This document shows, one piece after another, positions 25,489 to 34,745 of a DNA stretch of 64,000 nucleotides. The position numbers and the translations under genes were made by a program. The notes below the pieces were generated by a model. It was not told where the DNA came from. It worked only from the letters and a program-made list of their open reading frames with translations, and searched no databases. The DNA comes from Fibrobacteria bacterium. GTDB lineage: Bacteria > Fibrobacterota > Fibrobacteria > UBA11236. The stretch covers positions 288,001 to 352,000 of the forward strand of contig JAYTSD010000008.1 of the NCBI GenBank assembly GCA_043745805.1, in the 5' to 3' direction. The number at the start of each line of letters is the position of its first letter. The first letter of the stretch is position 1.

Positions 25489-27354
25489 TTGCAAATGCAG
25501 GATCCTTTCATCGGTAAACGAATTGAGAAATGTCTCATTCAAAAACCAATTGGCCGAGGAGGTTATGGATTAACCTATCTCGCTTATGATGAAGAATTAC
25601 GTGAAGACCATGTTATAAAAATTTCCCAAGCGACTTCCGAGTTTACCTCGAAAGATCGTTTAACCTGCTTTATTGAGGAAGGCTTAATACTAAGTCGCCT
25701 CAAACACCCGCAAATTGTAACCATACGCTCCCAAGGGGAAGCTTTTCAGCATCGCTATATGATATTGGATTATATTCATGGTTATAGCTTAAAAACGATT
25801 CTTGATCTCATTGATGAAAAGCAAGAGATTCACAACTGTGCTTGGGAAGAATTACTAGATCCCCTTACGGCTACCGGATTTATACTATCCGCTTTATATC
25901 CCTTAGCTTATGCCCATCAAGCTAATGTGCATTTACCCGAGCGTGAAGTTTTTGGAGTAGCGCATCGCGATATTGCGCCAGGCAATTTGATTTTGGGAAA
26001 TCGTGGAAATGAAAAAGGCCGGATTATTCTTATTGATTTTGGAACCGCCAAAACAGAAATTTCCGAAATGTTTACCACTAATCAAAACTTGGTGGGAACC
26101 GTTCCATATATGGGAAAGGCTCGATTACAAAAAGCCACATCCGCCGAACAAATTACCGGCCAACATGATTTTTGGCGGGAGTTTAAAGAAACCCAACATG
26201 ACATTCATGCTCTAGGTGTTTTGTTTTTTCAACTTTTAACCGGTAAGTTACCCTTCGAAGGAGAGTCCTCTCCTCAAATTATTGTGAATATTCTTGACCC
26301 ATCCCGCTATACTCAATGCTTACAGGAGTTACAGGATTTTCATCCCGCCCTTTTGGAGATTATCAAAAAATGTTTGGTCTATCAAGATTTTGCGCAACCT
26401 CAAAATATTCAACCCTATCAATACCCCAATGCCGTAGCCATGCTGAAAGATGTAGAAGCGGTGTTTCAGGAATTATCGGGTGGTTTATTAGTGGAAGAAG
26501 TGCTTACTAATTTTTGCAATAAAATTTCATATCCCGAAAAGCTAATCCCACAAGCTTATGCCAAGTTACCCATTTCCTATGCCAATCCGCTTCCACAAAG
26601 CATTTCTATTAAAGAACCTACGAATCGGTACAAAACACTTTATTTACCCATCAGCAAAAAATCTATGGGGATTTATATAAGTGTGCTTTTTTTCACGGCT
26701 TTATGTTTTGTTGCCGCCCTATATTTTTATCAAATGCAAAAACATCAGGAGCAGCTTTTAAAAAAAGTAGTTTCACCTATTGAGCATTTAGAAAATCTGC
26801 AAAACCCAAGCAGTGAACCAAATAAACCAACTGCAATAGCTTTTCAAGCAAAATCGATGACTAAAGTATTCGCGGAAAACATTTCGAAAGCGGAAGTAAA
26901 AAAAAATAATTCTAACACCCTTAAAGAAAAGCCAATAGCCTATCTCGATGAAATTAATAAAGCTGAATTTTATCGAATTGAATCTATGGTACGAGAAGAA
27001 CACCCTGAGGCCATGATGGCGGTTAATAATGCCTTACAAAGCCATGCCGAGTTACCGGATTTACTTTTTTTTAAAGGCTTACTGTTATACGGCCAAAACC
27101 ATTCTTCTTCCGAAGCCCGACAAATCTTGGCACAAATAGCTGCACTTAAACCACGCTTCCTGCATCCAGCCATCTTTCGTGAAAATGTATTGTTACTCCT
27201 TTGGCAAATCGATTTAAGCCTATTTGAGGGCTTAAATACGCCTGAAAGCCGTATTCAACTCATTAAAAGCAGTAATATATATATCTCAGAATTTAGAGAG
27301 CTCCCCGCTTTCGCTTCCAAAGTTAAGGCTATTGAAGCTAAACTTCCTCAATGA
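25489..27354 (+). CDS. Hanks-type Ser/Thr protein kinase (atypical motifs), single TM, C-terminal helical domain
   Basis: IGRGGYG, VIK, HPQIV, HRDIAPGN, DFG and GTVPYM. TM IYISVLFFTALCFVAALYFY. Confidence 0.88.
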   Translation: MQMQDPFIGKRIEKCLIQKPIGRGGYGLTYLAYDEELREDHVIKISQATSEFTSKDRLTCFIEEGLILSRLKHPQIVTIRSQGEAFQHRYMILDYIHGYSLKTILDLIDEKQEIHNCAWEELLDPLTATGFILSALYPLAYAHQANVHLPEREVFGVAHRDIAPGNLILGNRGNEKGRIILIDFGTAKTEISEMFTTNQNLVGTVPYMGKARLQKATSAEQITGQHDFWREFKETQHDIHALGVLFFQLLTGKLPFEGESSPQIIVNILDPSRYTQCLQELQDFHPALLEIIKKCLVYQDFAQPQNIQPYQYPNAVAMLKDVEAVFQELSGGLLVEEVLTNFCNKISYPEKLIPQAYAKLPISYANPLPQSISIKEPTNRYKTLYLPISKKSMGIYISVLFFTALCFVAALYFYQMQKHQEQLLKKVVSPIEHLENLQNPSSEPNKPTAIAFQAKSMTKVFAENISKAEVKKNNSNTLKEKPIAYLDEINKAEFYRIESMVREEHPEAMMAVNNALQSHAELPDLLFFKGLLLYGQNHSSSEARQILAQIAALKPRFLHPAIFRENVLLLLWQIDLSLFEGLNTPESRIQLIKSSNIYISEFRELPAFASKVKAIEAKLPQ

Positions 27355-27470
27355 AGCGGAGTAAATGAAAAAAAATAAGCTTTTTTCTCATATGGCTTAG
27401 TTTTCGCTTTAAATTCCCGATGACTTTTAATACATTCTGCCCCAGTTTTTATTGAGAAACAAAGGAATTT

Positions 27471-27905
27471 ATGTATTCAGTCATTGAAAGCGGCGGGTTC
27501 CAACACAAAGTGACCCTTGGTGAGACTTTGAAAGTTTCACACACCGATGCAAATGTGGGCGATGTGATAACCGCCACCGTTTTGCTTTATGCTAACGGAA
27601 GCGAAGTTAAAGTAGGTAAGCCGCATGTTTCCGATGCTGTGGTTAAATTGGAAGTTCTCGATCAAGGTCGTGGCGACAAGATTATTGTATTCAAACGCAA
27701 GAAAAGAAAACGCTATCGCTTAACTCGTGGTCATCGTCAACAATATACTGAGGTAATCGTTACGGAAATTGCTTGTGGCAGCGAAACGAAAACTATCGAT
27801 GCTCCAACTAAAGCTCGCGCACATGCACGCATTGCCGCTTTAGCCAAGCAAAAAATTCAAACCCCAAAACCTACACGCAAAGAAAAATTGGCAGCAGCCA
27901 AATAA
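27471..27905 (+). CDS. rplU: 50S ribosomal protein bL21 with C-terminal extension
   Basis: MYSVIESGGFQHKV and KIIVFKRKKRKRYR..RGHRQQYT. Directly upstream of rpmA. Confidence 0.97.
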   Translation: MYSVIESGGFQHKVTLGETLKVSHTDANVGDVITATVLLYANGSEVKVGKPHVSDAVVKLEVLDQGRGDKIIVFKRKKRKRYRLTRGHRQQYTEVIVTEIACGSETKTIDAPTKARAHARIAALAKQKIQTPKPTRKEKLAAAK

Positions 27906-27917
27906 TCAGAGGATAGC

Positions 27918-28187
27918 ATGGCACATAAAAAAGGTTTAGGTAGTACACGTAACGGCCGCGATTCTAATCCACAGTTTCTCGGTGTCAAAAAATTTGGCGG
28001 AGAAAATGTTATCGCTGGTAATATCATTGTTCGCCAAAAGGGTACCAAATGGCATCCGGGCAGCAATGTAGGTATGGGTAAAGATTATACCATATTCTCG
28101 CTTATTGAAGGTAAAGTTCAATTTGAACGCTTTGACAAAACCCGTCAAAAGATTAGCGTTTATCCTCTCGCAACGCCTCAAACTTAA
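27918..28187 (+). CDS. rpmA: 50S ribosomal protein bL27
   Basis: [16 protein letters not shown]...[15 protein letters not shown]. Confidence 0.98.
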   Translation: MAHKKGLGSTRNGRDSNPQFLGVKKFGGENVIAGNIIVRQKGTKWHPGSNVGMGKDYTIFSLIEGKVQFERFDKTRQKISVYPLATPQT

Positions 28188-28194
28188 TTCATAT

Positions 28195-28226
28195 AGCCCC
28201 TTTCTTTCTTATTAGAAAGGGGTTTA
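28195..28226 (+). terminator. Intrinsic terminator after rplU-rpmA
   Basis: AGCCCCTTTCT-N8-AGAAAGGGGTT followed by a short T-rich tract. Confidence 0.65.
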
Positions 28227-28234
28227 GTATTATA

Positions 28235-30835
28235 TTGGCTATGCATCGGCTATGGTCACTACTCGCAATTGCTTTATCTCTGTGTTTATTTGGTTGCCCC
28301 TCTGATCCCAAACATGAAAATTTTGACTATTTACGTTCGCCCTCTGATTTTAAAATTGATTCCGTAGAATCAAATCATCCTTTTTGCGCGGAACTGCAAT
28401 CCGAATTTCAAAATACTGAAGCTTGTCAAAACCAAAAAAAATTCCGCCTTCAATGGGAGCGTCCCGAAGATACCGTTGATTTTATTGGTTACTATATATT
28501 TTTGGATACCACGCCCAAGGGTAAAAGCTGGAAAGCCACGCAAGAACATCCTGAAGAGTTAGCCAATGCTCTGCAATTCGATACGCTAAACCGCGACCAA
28601 AACAATCGTGTACAAAGTTTGATTTTCTTTTTTGGGAATAAACCGAGTACTCTCATAAATTTAAAGGAAGAAAATCATCGCATTATTGCTTTGGATTCTT
28701 CTGGAAAACTTGATAATGACACCTTGGTTTTTGCAATAATTCCAAAGTATAAAAGTGGTAAAATACCCGGCCAACCCCGCTACACCTATATCATCACTTC
28801 CGATAAATTTAAACCCTCGCCCTTTAATCCTTTAATCGAAACCAAAGCTCATACTATAGAGCTTTTTTGGCAACGCCCCAATGATCCCACCAGTTTTTTT
28901 AATCCTAAAGCCGACTCGGGTATTATTACTCAGTACACCATTAAAATTGAAAAAAAAATTAATGCTAATGCTAATGTGTTTCAAGGCTTGGAGAATGTTA
29001 TGCTCAGCTATGTTATTGGGGGGAGTGGACATTCTACGCCAAAAGATTCCATCGTTCGAAATCTTGCCACCGGGAAAGTCACAGCAAAATTGTTCTTTCT
29101 TACCGACAGTGGATATGCACATGCGAATCTCAAAAGTTCAAATGCCGATAGCATTCATGCTACTCTCGATGGTTTAATTGCCCAAGATACCGTTTCTATT
29201 TTGATTTTTGCAACCGATGCCAGCGGCAACAATAATGAAATTACCAGTCAAAAAAATACCGTTATCCTTACAGATACCACGCAGCCAAGTAAACCCTTAT
29301 TGCAAAAAAGCGATAGTCTAGTGAAACGAAATGAATTAATTATCAGTTGGAAAGCTAGTCGTGATTCTATTCGCGATAGCCTAAGTGGAAAAATTTTAGA
29401 AGGCCCTACTCCCAATTTTAAAATTGCAGAGTATCATTTAACCTTAAAAACCAAAGATGATTTAATCGAGCAGGTATTGTTTACTGAAAAGCATACGAAA
29501 AATGAAATTTGGTCCGATACCTTAAAGTTTTTACCGCCAGGTACGCAATATGCCGTTTATTTATATTCCACAGATAGCACAGGATACGAAAGCCAAATTG
29601 ATTCACAAATTGTGGCTACCCCAAAAATTATTTTTCAAGGAGCGGATAGTACTGTCGAATGTCCTAATGGGTTTGTACCTATTGTAGGTGGACGGTTTAC
29701 TTTGGGGAGTAATACCGGTGATGCAGATGAGCGACCAGAAAAAAATGTGTATATCAAACCTTATTGTATTGAAAAAAACGAACATCGTGACAGTGGTAAA
29801 TTTATTACTAATATCACTTATGAAGATGCAGTAAAATCCTGTAAAGAATTATCAACTGCCGACATGCAAGTGCAGCTTTGCACAGAAGCACAATGGGAAC
29901 GGGCCTGCGAAGGCTCAGCGCAAGATACCCTCTTACATGGCATTCAAAGCGAAGGGAGTAATCATGCTATTTTGCAAAAGTCTTGTAATCAAGCCGCTAA
30001 TGATCCTGATATGGCTGCGGACTCCACCAAACGCAATAAAGTTTGTTTAACCTCCGAAGGTGTTTACGATTTAGCCGGAAATTATTCTGAATGGGTTTTA
30101 GATGATTATGGCAAAGAGAATTATACAAAAACTCCCGATAGCATAAATGCCATGCCTTTAAGCGCCCTACCCCTTTCCATGGATACGGTTCATCAGTATC
30201 GTGGTGGAAATTATTATTTACCCACAATCGGGATTACCCAAATTCAAAATTTAGCCCGCTGTTCAAATCGCATTCCAGCCTTGCAAATAAGGCCCGTAGC
30301 CTCAGCGGAGTGTATATCTGATCATCCTAAAATTGTAATCATATATGATTCCTTAGCAGGCCAGCATGTCTGTCGAGATATTCCCGAGACATTATCTAAA
30401 AGAGGTATTATTGAATTTCGTCCCCATCGCGATAGCTCCAAGGTTTTGGTATTTTTTGCCAATAATACTTATGATAGTATGAGCATCAATCTCAATAAAC
30501 AAAGCGCGGAAAGCTTATATGTTAAACGTCGCCCTATAGCTGCACGGTTAACCACCGCATCTTTAATGGAAGTGACTTTTGTGAATGATTCGCGAAGCAT
30601 AATTGATACGCTCGATGCCACAGAAATTAAAGACACCACTTCAACAAGTGAATTCCAAAAAGTTTTTCAACGCGAAGCGGCCCTTCCATGGAAGGGCGAG
30701 ACAGATGCAAATGGGAAGTATAAAGTCAAATTTATTTATGCTTATGCTAAGTTGAAATCAAAAGTTGCTAAGCCTTACTATTCCAGTCGCGTCGTGGGTT
30801 TACGTTGTTGCGGTATTTTACCACCGCAAAAATAA
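28235..30835 (+). CDS. Lipoprotein with FN3-like domains and C-terminal FGE-sulfatase (SUMF1/C-type-lectin-fold) domain; likely start 28241
   Basis: Lipobox LFGC. FN3 motifs LQWERP, LFWQRP, ATDASGN and ISWKAS. FGE motifs GGRFTLGS...ERP, TEAQWERAC, GVYDLAGNYSEW, RGG and GLRCC. Confidence 0.82.
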   Translation: MAMHRLWSLLAIALSLCLFGCPSDPKHENFDYLRSPSDFKIDSVESNHPFCAELQSEFQNTEACQNQKKFRLQWERPEDTVDFIGYYIFLDTTPKGKSWKATQEHPEELANALQFDTLNRDQNNRVQSLIFFFGNKPSTLINLKEENHRIIALDSSGKLDNDTLVFAIIPKYKSGKIPGQPRYTYIITSDKFKPSPFNPLIETKAHTIELFWQRPNDPTSFFNPKADSGIITQYTIKIEKKINANANVFQGLENVMLSYVIGGSGHSTPKDSIVRNLATGKVTAKLFFLTDSGYAHANLKSSNADSIHATLDGLIAQDTVSILIFATDASGNNNEITSQKNTVILTDTTQPSKPLLQKSDSLVKRNELIISWKASRDSIRDSLSGKILEGPTPNFKIAEYHLTLKTKDDLIEQVLFTEKHTKNEIWSDTLKFLPPGTQYAVYLYSTDSTGYESQIDSQIVATPKIIFQGADSTVECPNGFVPIVGGRFTLGSNTGDADERPEKNVYIKPYCIEKNEHRDSGKFITNITYEDAVKSCKELSTADMQVQLCTEAQWERACEGSAQDTLLHGIQSEGSNHAILQKSCNQAANDPDMAADSTKRNKVCLTSEGVYDLAGNYSEWVLDDYGKENYTKTPDSINAMPLSALPLSMDTVHQYRGGNYYLPTIGITQIQNLARCSNRIPALQIRPVASAECISDHPKIVIIYDSLAGQHVCRDIPETLSKRGIIEFRPHRDSSKVLVFFANNTYDSMSINLNKQSAESLYVKRRPIAARLTTASLMEVTFVNDSRSIIDTLDATEIKDTTSTSEFQKVFQREAALPWKGETDANGKYKVKFIYAYAKLKSKVAKPYYSSRVVGLRCCGILPPQK

Positions 30836-30895
30836 TTTTTGCCTTGCCTTAATTTTTTTTCCTTAAGGTTTTGTATTCCAATGCGGGTGACCTGC

Positions 30896-32011
30896 TTAAA
30901 TACTTGTATGCGCCGCTTCCCATATTTTTTTAGGCAAGGAACTAATTAAATATTCCGAAATAGCCTTCCGCTTAACCCATATATAATTTTTGCCAAAAAT
31001 TATTTTACTCGACGCAGCAATCCCCTTTGCCACTTTCAAATCAAATTGATGATGCGTAATCGCATGACGTACTTTTTTATGGGCTAACACAAAGGGTAAT
31101 ATTGGTTTATCCGGAAACATTTTTGCCCAAGCGAGGGTTAAATCTTTTTTACTATCCGCTCTATGGATACTTGGTAAAATAGGAAAAGTAAATAAGCCCG
31201 CTAACAATTCTGGTTTTTGTGGCTTGCACATTAATACAGAATCTTTACTTTCCAAAACCAAAGCATAACCTTTGATTTCCATTATTTTTTTCATTGGTTT
31301 TGCTGGAGGAAATTTCAACACCGATCCCTGCAAAAAGGCCAAGCATTTTTTTTGTAGTGGGCATAGTAAACAACTTGGATTTTTCGGCGTGCAAATCAAT
31401 GCCCCAAATTCCATTAAAGCTTCATTCGCTAACCCAGGCGAGCTACATTGCGCCCATTCATGGGCATGGACCCAATAGATTTTTTTCTGTGCAGTTTCGT
31501 TGGGTAAAAAATTCAATGCGTAGAGGCGGCTAAAAACCCGTATGACATTGCCATCTAAAATTGGCTCGCGTAAATTAAAAGCTAGGCTAAGAATGGCTCC
31601 TGCGGTATATTCTCCAATGCCTTTAAGCTGTAATAACTCATGGCGTGTCGAAGGGATTTTACCTGCAAAATTATTTTCGATTTGCCGTGCTGCAGTCAGA
31701 ATATTCCGAGCGCGAGAATAATATCCTAATCCCGACCATAAATCGAGTAACTCGCTTTCTTTAGCCTGTGATAAAGCTTGTAAATGAGGGTAATGCACTA
31801 TCCACCGTTTGAAATAGTCTATTACCGTTATGACTTGCGTTTGTTGCAGCATAATTTCCGAAATCCAAGTCTCATATGGCGAGCGCATAGATTTGTTGGT
31901 CGGAAGGGCTTTGCGCCAGGGTAGATTTCTTTTATTCTGCTGAAACCATTTCAGCAGAGCTTTACGAATAGGCTGTAAATCGAAACCCGAGTTTTGCTTT
32001 ACGGGCGACAA
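30896..32011 (-). CDS. mutY: A/G-specific adenine glycosylase
   Basis: RNLPWR, WISEIMLQQT, WSGLGYYSRARN, LKGIGEYTA, DGNV.RV and the 4Fe-4S motif CTPKNPSCLLCPLQKKC. Confidence 0.96.
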   Translation of the reverse strand: MSPVKQNSGFDLQPIRKALLKWFQQNKRNLPWRKALPTNKSMRSPYETWISEIMLQQTQVITVIDYFKRWIVHYPHLQALSQAKESELLDLWSGLGYYSRARNILTAARQIENNFAGKIPSTRHELLQLKGIGEYTAGAILSLAFNLREPILDGNVIRVFSRLYALNFLPNETAQKKIYWVHAHEWAQCSSPGLANEALMEFGALICTPKNPSCLLCPLQKKCLAFLQGSVLKFPPAKPMKKIMEIKGYALVLESKDSVLMCKPQKPELLAGLFTFPILPSIHRADSKKDLTLAWAKMFPDKPILPFVLAHKKVRHAITHHQFDLKVAKGIAASSKIIFGKNYIWVKRKAISEYLISSLPKKIWEAAHTSI

Positions 32012-32380
32012 CTATTTCGTTTCTGCACCGTTATATCCACCGCGTGGATCTCCAAAAATCGAATCCACTTTATCGCCACGAAATTTTAATCCCGTAACTA
32101 AAATACCCCGCGCATTAATATATTCCCAATGCGAATCACTCTCACCGGTTCTATCTGGATTTCCATAAAGTTGATAGACCAACTCTTTATTCATGCCTGT
32201 GGCCACATACCCATCTAAAAAGGATTGTTTTACAAGTTCAGGGATACCATAACCATTTTGTACGATATAGTCTTTTCTTTCAATGGCGGGCAAACCACGC
32301 GTAACTAATGGACGGTTATAAGTTGGGGCGCAAGCAAAAAGCAATGCCAAACTGAAAACTACAACGTATTTTTTTTTCAT
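32012..32380 (-). CDS. Small lipoprotein, SmpA/BamE-like fold
   Basis: Lipobox LFAC and GMNKELVYQLYGNPD.....WEY pattern. Confidence 0.55.
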   Translation of the reverse strand: MKKKYVVVFSLALLFACAPTYNRPLVTRGLPAIERKDYIVQNGYGIPELVKQSFLDGYVATGMNKELVYQLYGNPDRTGESDSHWEYINARGILVTGLKFRGDKVDSIFGDPRGGYNGAETK

Positions 32381-32437
32381 TGGAAATTCCCCCCCAATCT
32401 TTTTTTATTCTTACTTTAAAATATAAGTAATCAGCTC

Positions 32438-33358
32438 TTGAATGGATCCCACACCATGAGAATTCTCCACAAACCTCAAACAACCCTTGCCTTAATATGG
32501 GGTTTAGTATTGCATGGAATATTTATGGTCTCCGCCGACAGCATAAAGCTTTTTCGTTTTGGGCCCTATTTGGTTAACGATATTAATGCCACCTATAGCC
32601 CTGCAGGATACGATTATAGTTTAACCAATGCTACCTACCATCTACAATTAGGATGGGTCGAACCCATTATTGCAAATCCACATTCTTTATTCAATGAAAC
32701 TTATATCGAAACGAATGCCAACATAAACGTATCACCTTATGAAACCAGTATCGGAACTACTTTTAATATAAAACCGTTACGTTACTTTGAATTTGGTTTA
32801 ACCTATAATCGATTACTTTTTAATAATTCACTCATCTCCTTTAAGGCGATAGGAAATGATCTTCCTGACTGGCGACCTAGGCAGCTGATGGATCAAGAAA
32901 CTGAAGTTTCGGGAGCCGACGTGTTCACCTATCAATCCAATTTGATCTTTGATATACATCGATTAAAACTGTTATTTTCGGCAGAGCGTGCCTTATGGGA
33001 TATCGATGTCACAGGAAAAGATTTTGTTTATGAATATGAAAATGACATCCTGCTTAAATCCAATGATCGCATAAATATTTTTGTAGCCCAAATGATAGTC
33101 GACATCAAACCCTTTGCGCAAATCGGCTTAATGCTAAAAAATCAATATTGGTATATAGATAATACGGGCCTCGAAAAAAACTTAATCTCTTTTGGCATTA
33201 CCGGTTTTAGGCATGGAATAAATCCCACCAATCAAAAACGCGGTTTAGATTTGTCTGTGGGTTATTGGACAAAGCATCCACATATGCCGTCGTCATTTGC
33301 AAAGCATTTGGTTATACTTGCCGACTGGAAATGGGATATTCGTTTCTTCCAGCTTTGA
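32438..33358 (+). CDS. Hypothetical exported protein, probable outer-membrane beta-barrel
   Basis: Signal-like N-terminus, alternating aromatic/polar strands and C-terminus WKWDIRFFQL. Confidence 0.5.
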   Translation: MNGSHTMRILHKPQTTLALIWGLVLHGIFMVSADSIKLFRFGPYLVNDINATYSPAGYDYSLTNATYHLQLGWVEPIIANPHSLFNETYIETNANINVSPYETSIGTTFNIKPLRYFEFGLTYNRLLFNNSLISFKAIGNDLPDWRPRQLMDQETEVSGADVFTYQSNLIFDIHRLKLLFSAERALWDIDVTGKDFVYEYENDILLKSNDRINIFVAQMIVDIKPFAQIGLMLKNQYWYIDNTGLEKNLISFGITGFRHGINPTNQKRGLDLSVGYWTKHPHMPSSFAKHLVILADWKWDIRFFQL

Positions 33359-34159
33359 CTATTTGATGGGTTCAATCTCAATTTCTATTCGATTTGAGAG
33401 TAACCTAGAAGCATCCCAAACCGTCCAGCCTTTACTGTAAAACTTTTTATCCCTTTCGCCATAGGAATTCATCTCTATACTTTTTAAGCGATGTTTACGT
33501 GCATCATAAAAGATAAGGGATTTAATCCATACCGGATTTTTTTGGCAAGACATTTCAATATAGGTTACTAAGCTTTGCTGTGATGGTTTAATGAAAAAGG
33601 AAAAACTGTAAAGACTATCTTGTATTTCAAATTTTTGTAAATTAGCATTGGCCACAAAATCGCAAGGAATTTTATTTAAATCTTCATAAGTTAATAAAGA
33701 AGCAAAGGCCGATTTTTTCCATTGACGATTTGCAATGCGTCGTACACGACCACCACTCCCCTCTTCAATCCATTGTTCACGACCAAAATACTTACTAGTA
33801 TAAGTAGATTGCTGTAATCCTTCGCCTAAAATATATTGACGACTTCCTTGTAAATCATTCCAATGAATTTCACCCCGCAAAGAATCTTGTCCCCAAAGAT
33901 TATTAAAATGCCAAATGGTTTTTGCCGAAAATTCACCGCGATAAGTGTTTTCATTTAATTGGGATAAAATTTTAATTACGTCTGCATCATTTAACGAAGC
34001 CGAAAAATTCAACAATGGAATACCTAAAATCAAAGCAAGGGTAAGCACCATGAGTTTCGGCGCTTGCTTAAAATTTCTTGAAGTATCAATTCGCATCTTC
34101 ACTTCAGTATACCCTAATTTTTTAAAATGGCCCAGTGGCTGAAGGAATATGAGTCGCAA
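33359..34159 (-). CDS. Outer membrane lipoprotein-sorting (LolA-like) protein
   Basis: RVRRIA....SAFASLLTYEDL and FYD....RLK motifs. Confidence 0.7.
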   Translation of the reverse strand: MRLIFLQPLGHFKKLGYTEVKMRIDTSRNFKQAPKLMVLTLALILGIPLLNFSASLNDADVIKILSQLNENTYRGEFSAKTIWHFNNLWGQDSLRGEIHWNDLQGSRQYILGEGLQQSTYTSKYFGREQWIEEGSGGRVRRIANRQWKKSAFASLLTYEDLNKIPCDFVANANLQKFEIQDSLYSFSFFIKPSQQSLVTYIEMSCQKNPVWIKSLIFYDARKHRLKSIEMNSYGERDKKFYSKGWTVWDASRLLSNRIEIEIEPIK

Positions 34160-34171
34160 GTTTAAATTTAA

Positions 34172-34687
34172 TTAGGGGAAATATTTCAAAATTGCAAATA
34201 TCAACACGCCAGTAACTGAAACATACCACCAAGTAGGTAAAGTCACTTTCGACCATTTGCGATGCGCAGGAAAATTCCCATTAAAAGCAAAATAAAAAGT
34301 GGTTAAAATTAAGGGCAAAACCACCACAGATAAAATAATATGGGAAATTAAAATGGAAAAATAAATGGGTCGTATTAAGCCTTGACCCATAAAATGCGAA
34401 TCCCCATGCACACTATGATAAATGATATAGCACACCAAAAATACCGTGGAGGTAATGAAAGCAGCTATCATACAAAAGCGATGAAAATCTTTTTTTTGTT
34501 GCTTAATGGCCACAAAACCAATGCTTAAAAATATCGCACTTAATCCATTCAAAGTCGCATTCACCGCGGGAAGAAAAGGTAAATCACTGCCCGGAGTGGC
34601 TTTATGAAAATAAATTAGCCAAAACAAAAAGCTTAAAGCTGAGACACTTAAAACTCCATTGAGAATAAAAAATATTTTTTGTTTCAT
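34172..34687 (-). CDS. DUF420 family membrane protein
   Basis: LPAVNATLNG, HRFCM, FLVCYIIYH, YFSILISHIIL, HRK and WWYVSVTG. Confidence 0.9.
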   Translation of the reverse strand: MKQKIFFILNGVLSVSALSFLFWLIYFHKATPGSDLPFLPAVNATLNGLSAIFLSIGFVAIKQQKKDFHRFCMIAAFITSTVFLVCYIIYHSVHGDSHFMGQGLIRPIYFSILISHIILSVVVLPLILTTFYFAFNGNFPAHRKWSKVTLPTWWYVSVTGVLIFAILKYFP

Positions 34688-34745
34688 GGATGCTAATTTA
34701 GAACTTGCTTATGGATTTACTAGGATTTTTATCGCCGACCAAAGA

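Noticed and set aside
28235-30835. Diversity-generating retroelement target
   Set aside because: The fold family fits, but I see no reverse transcriptase, Avd or template repeat in this window.
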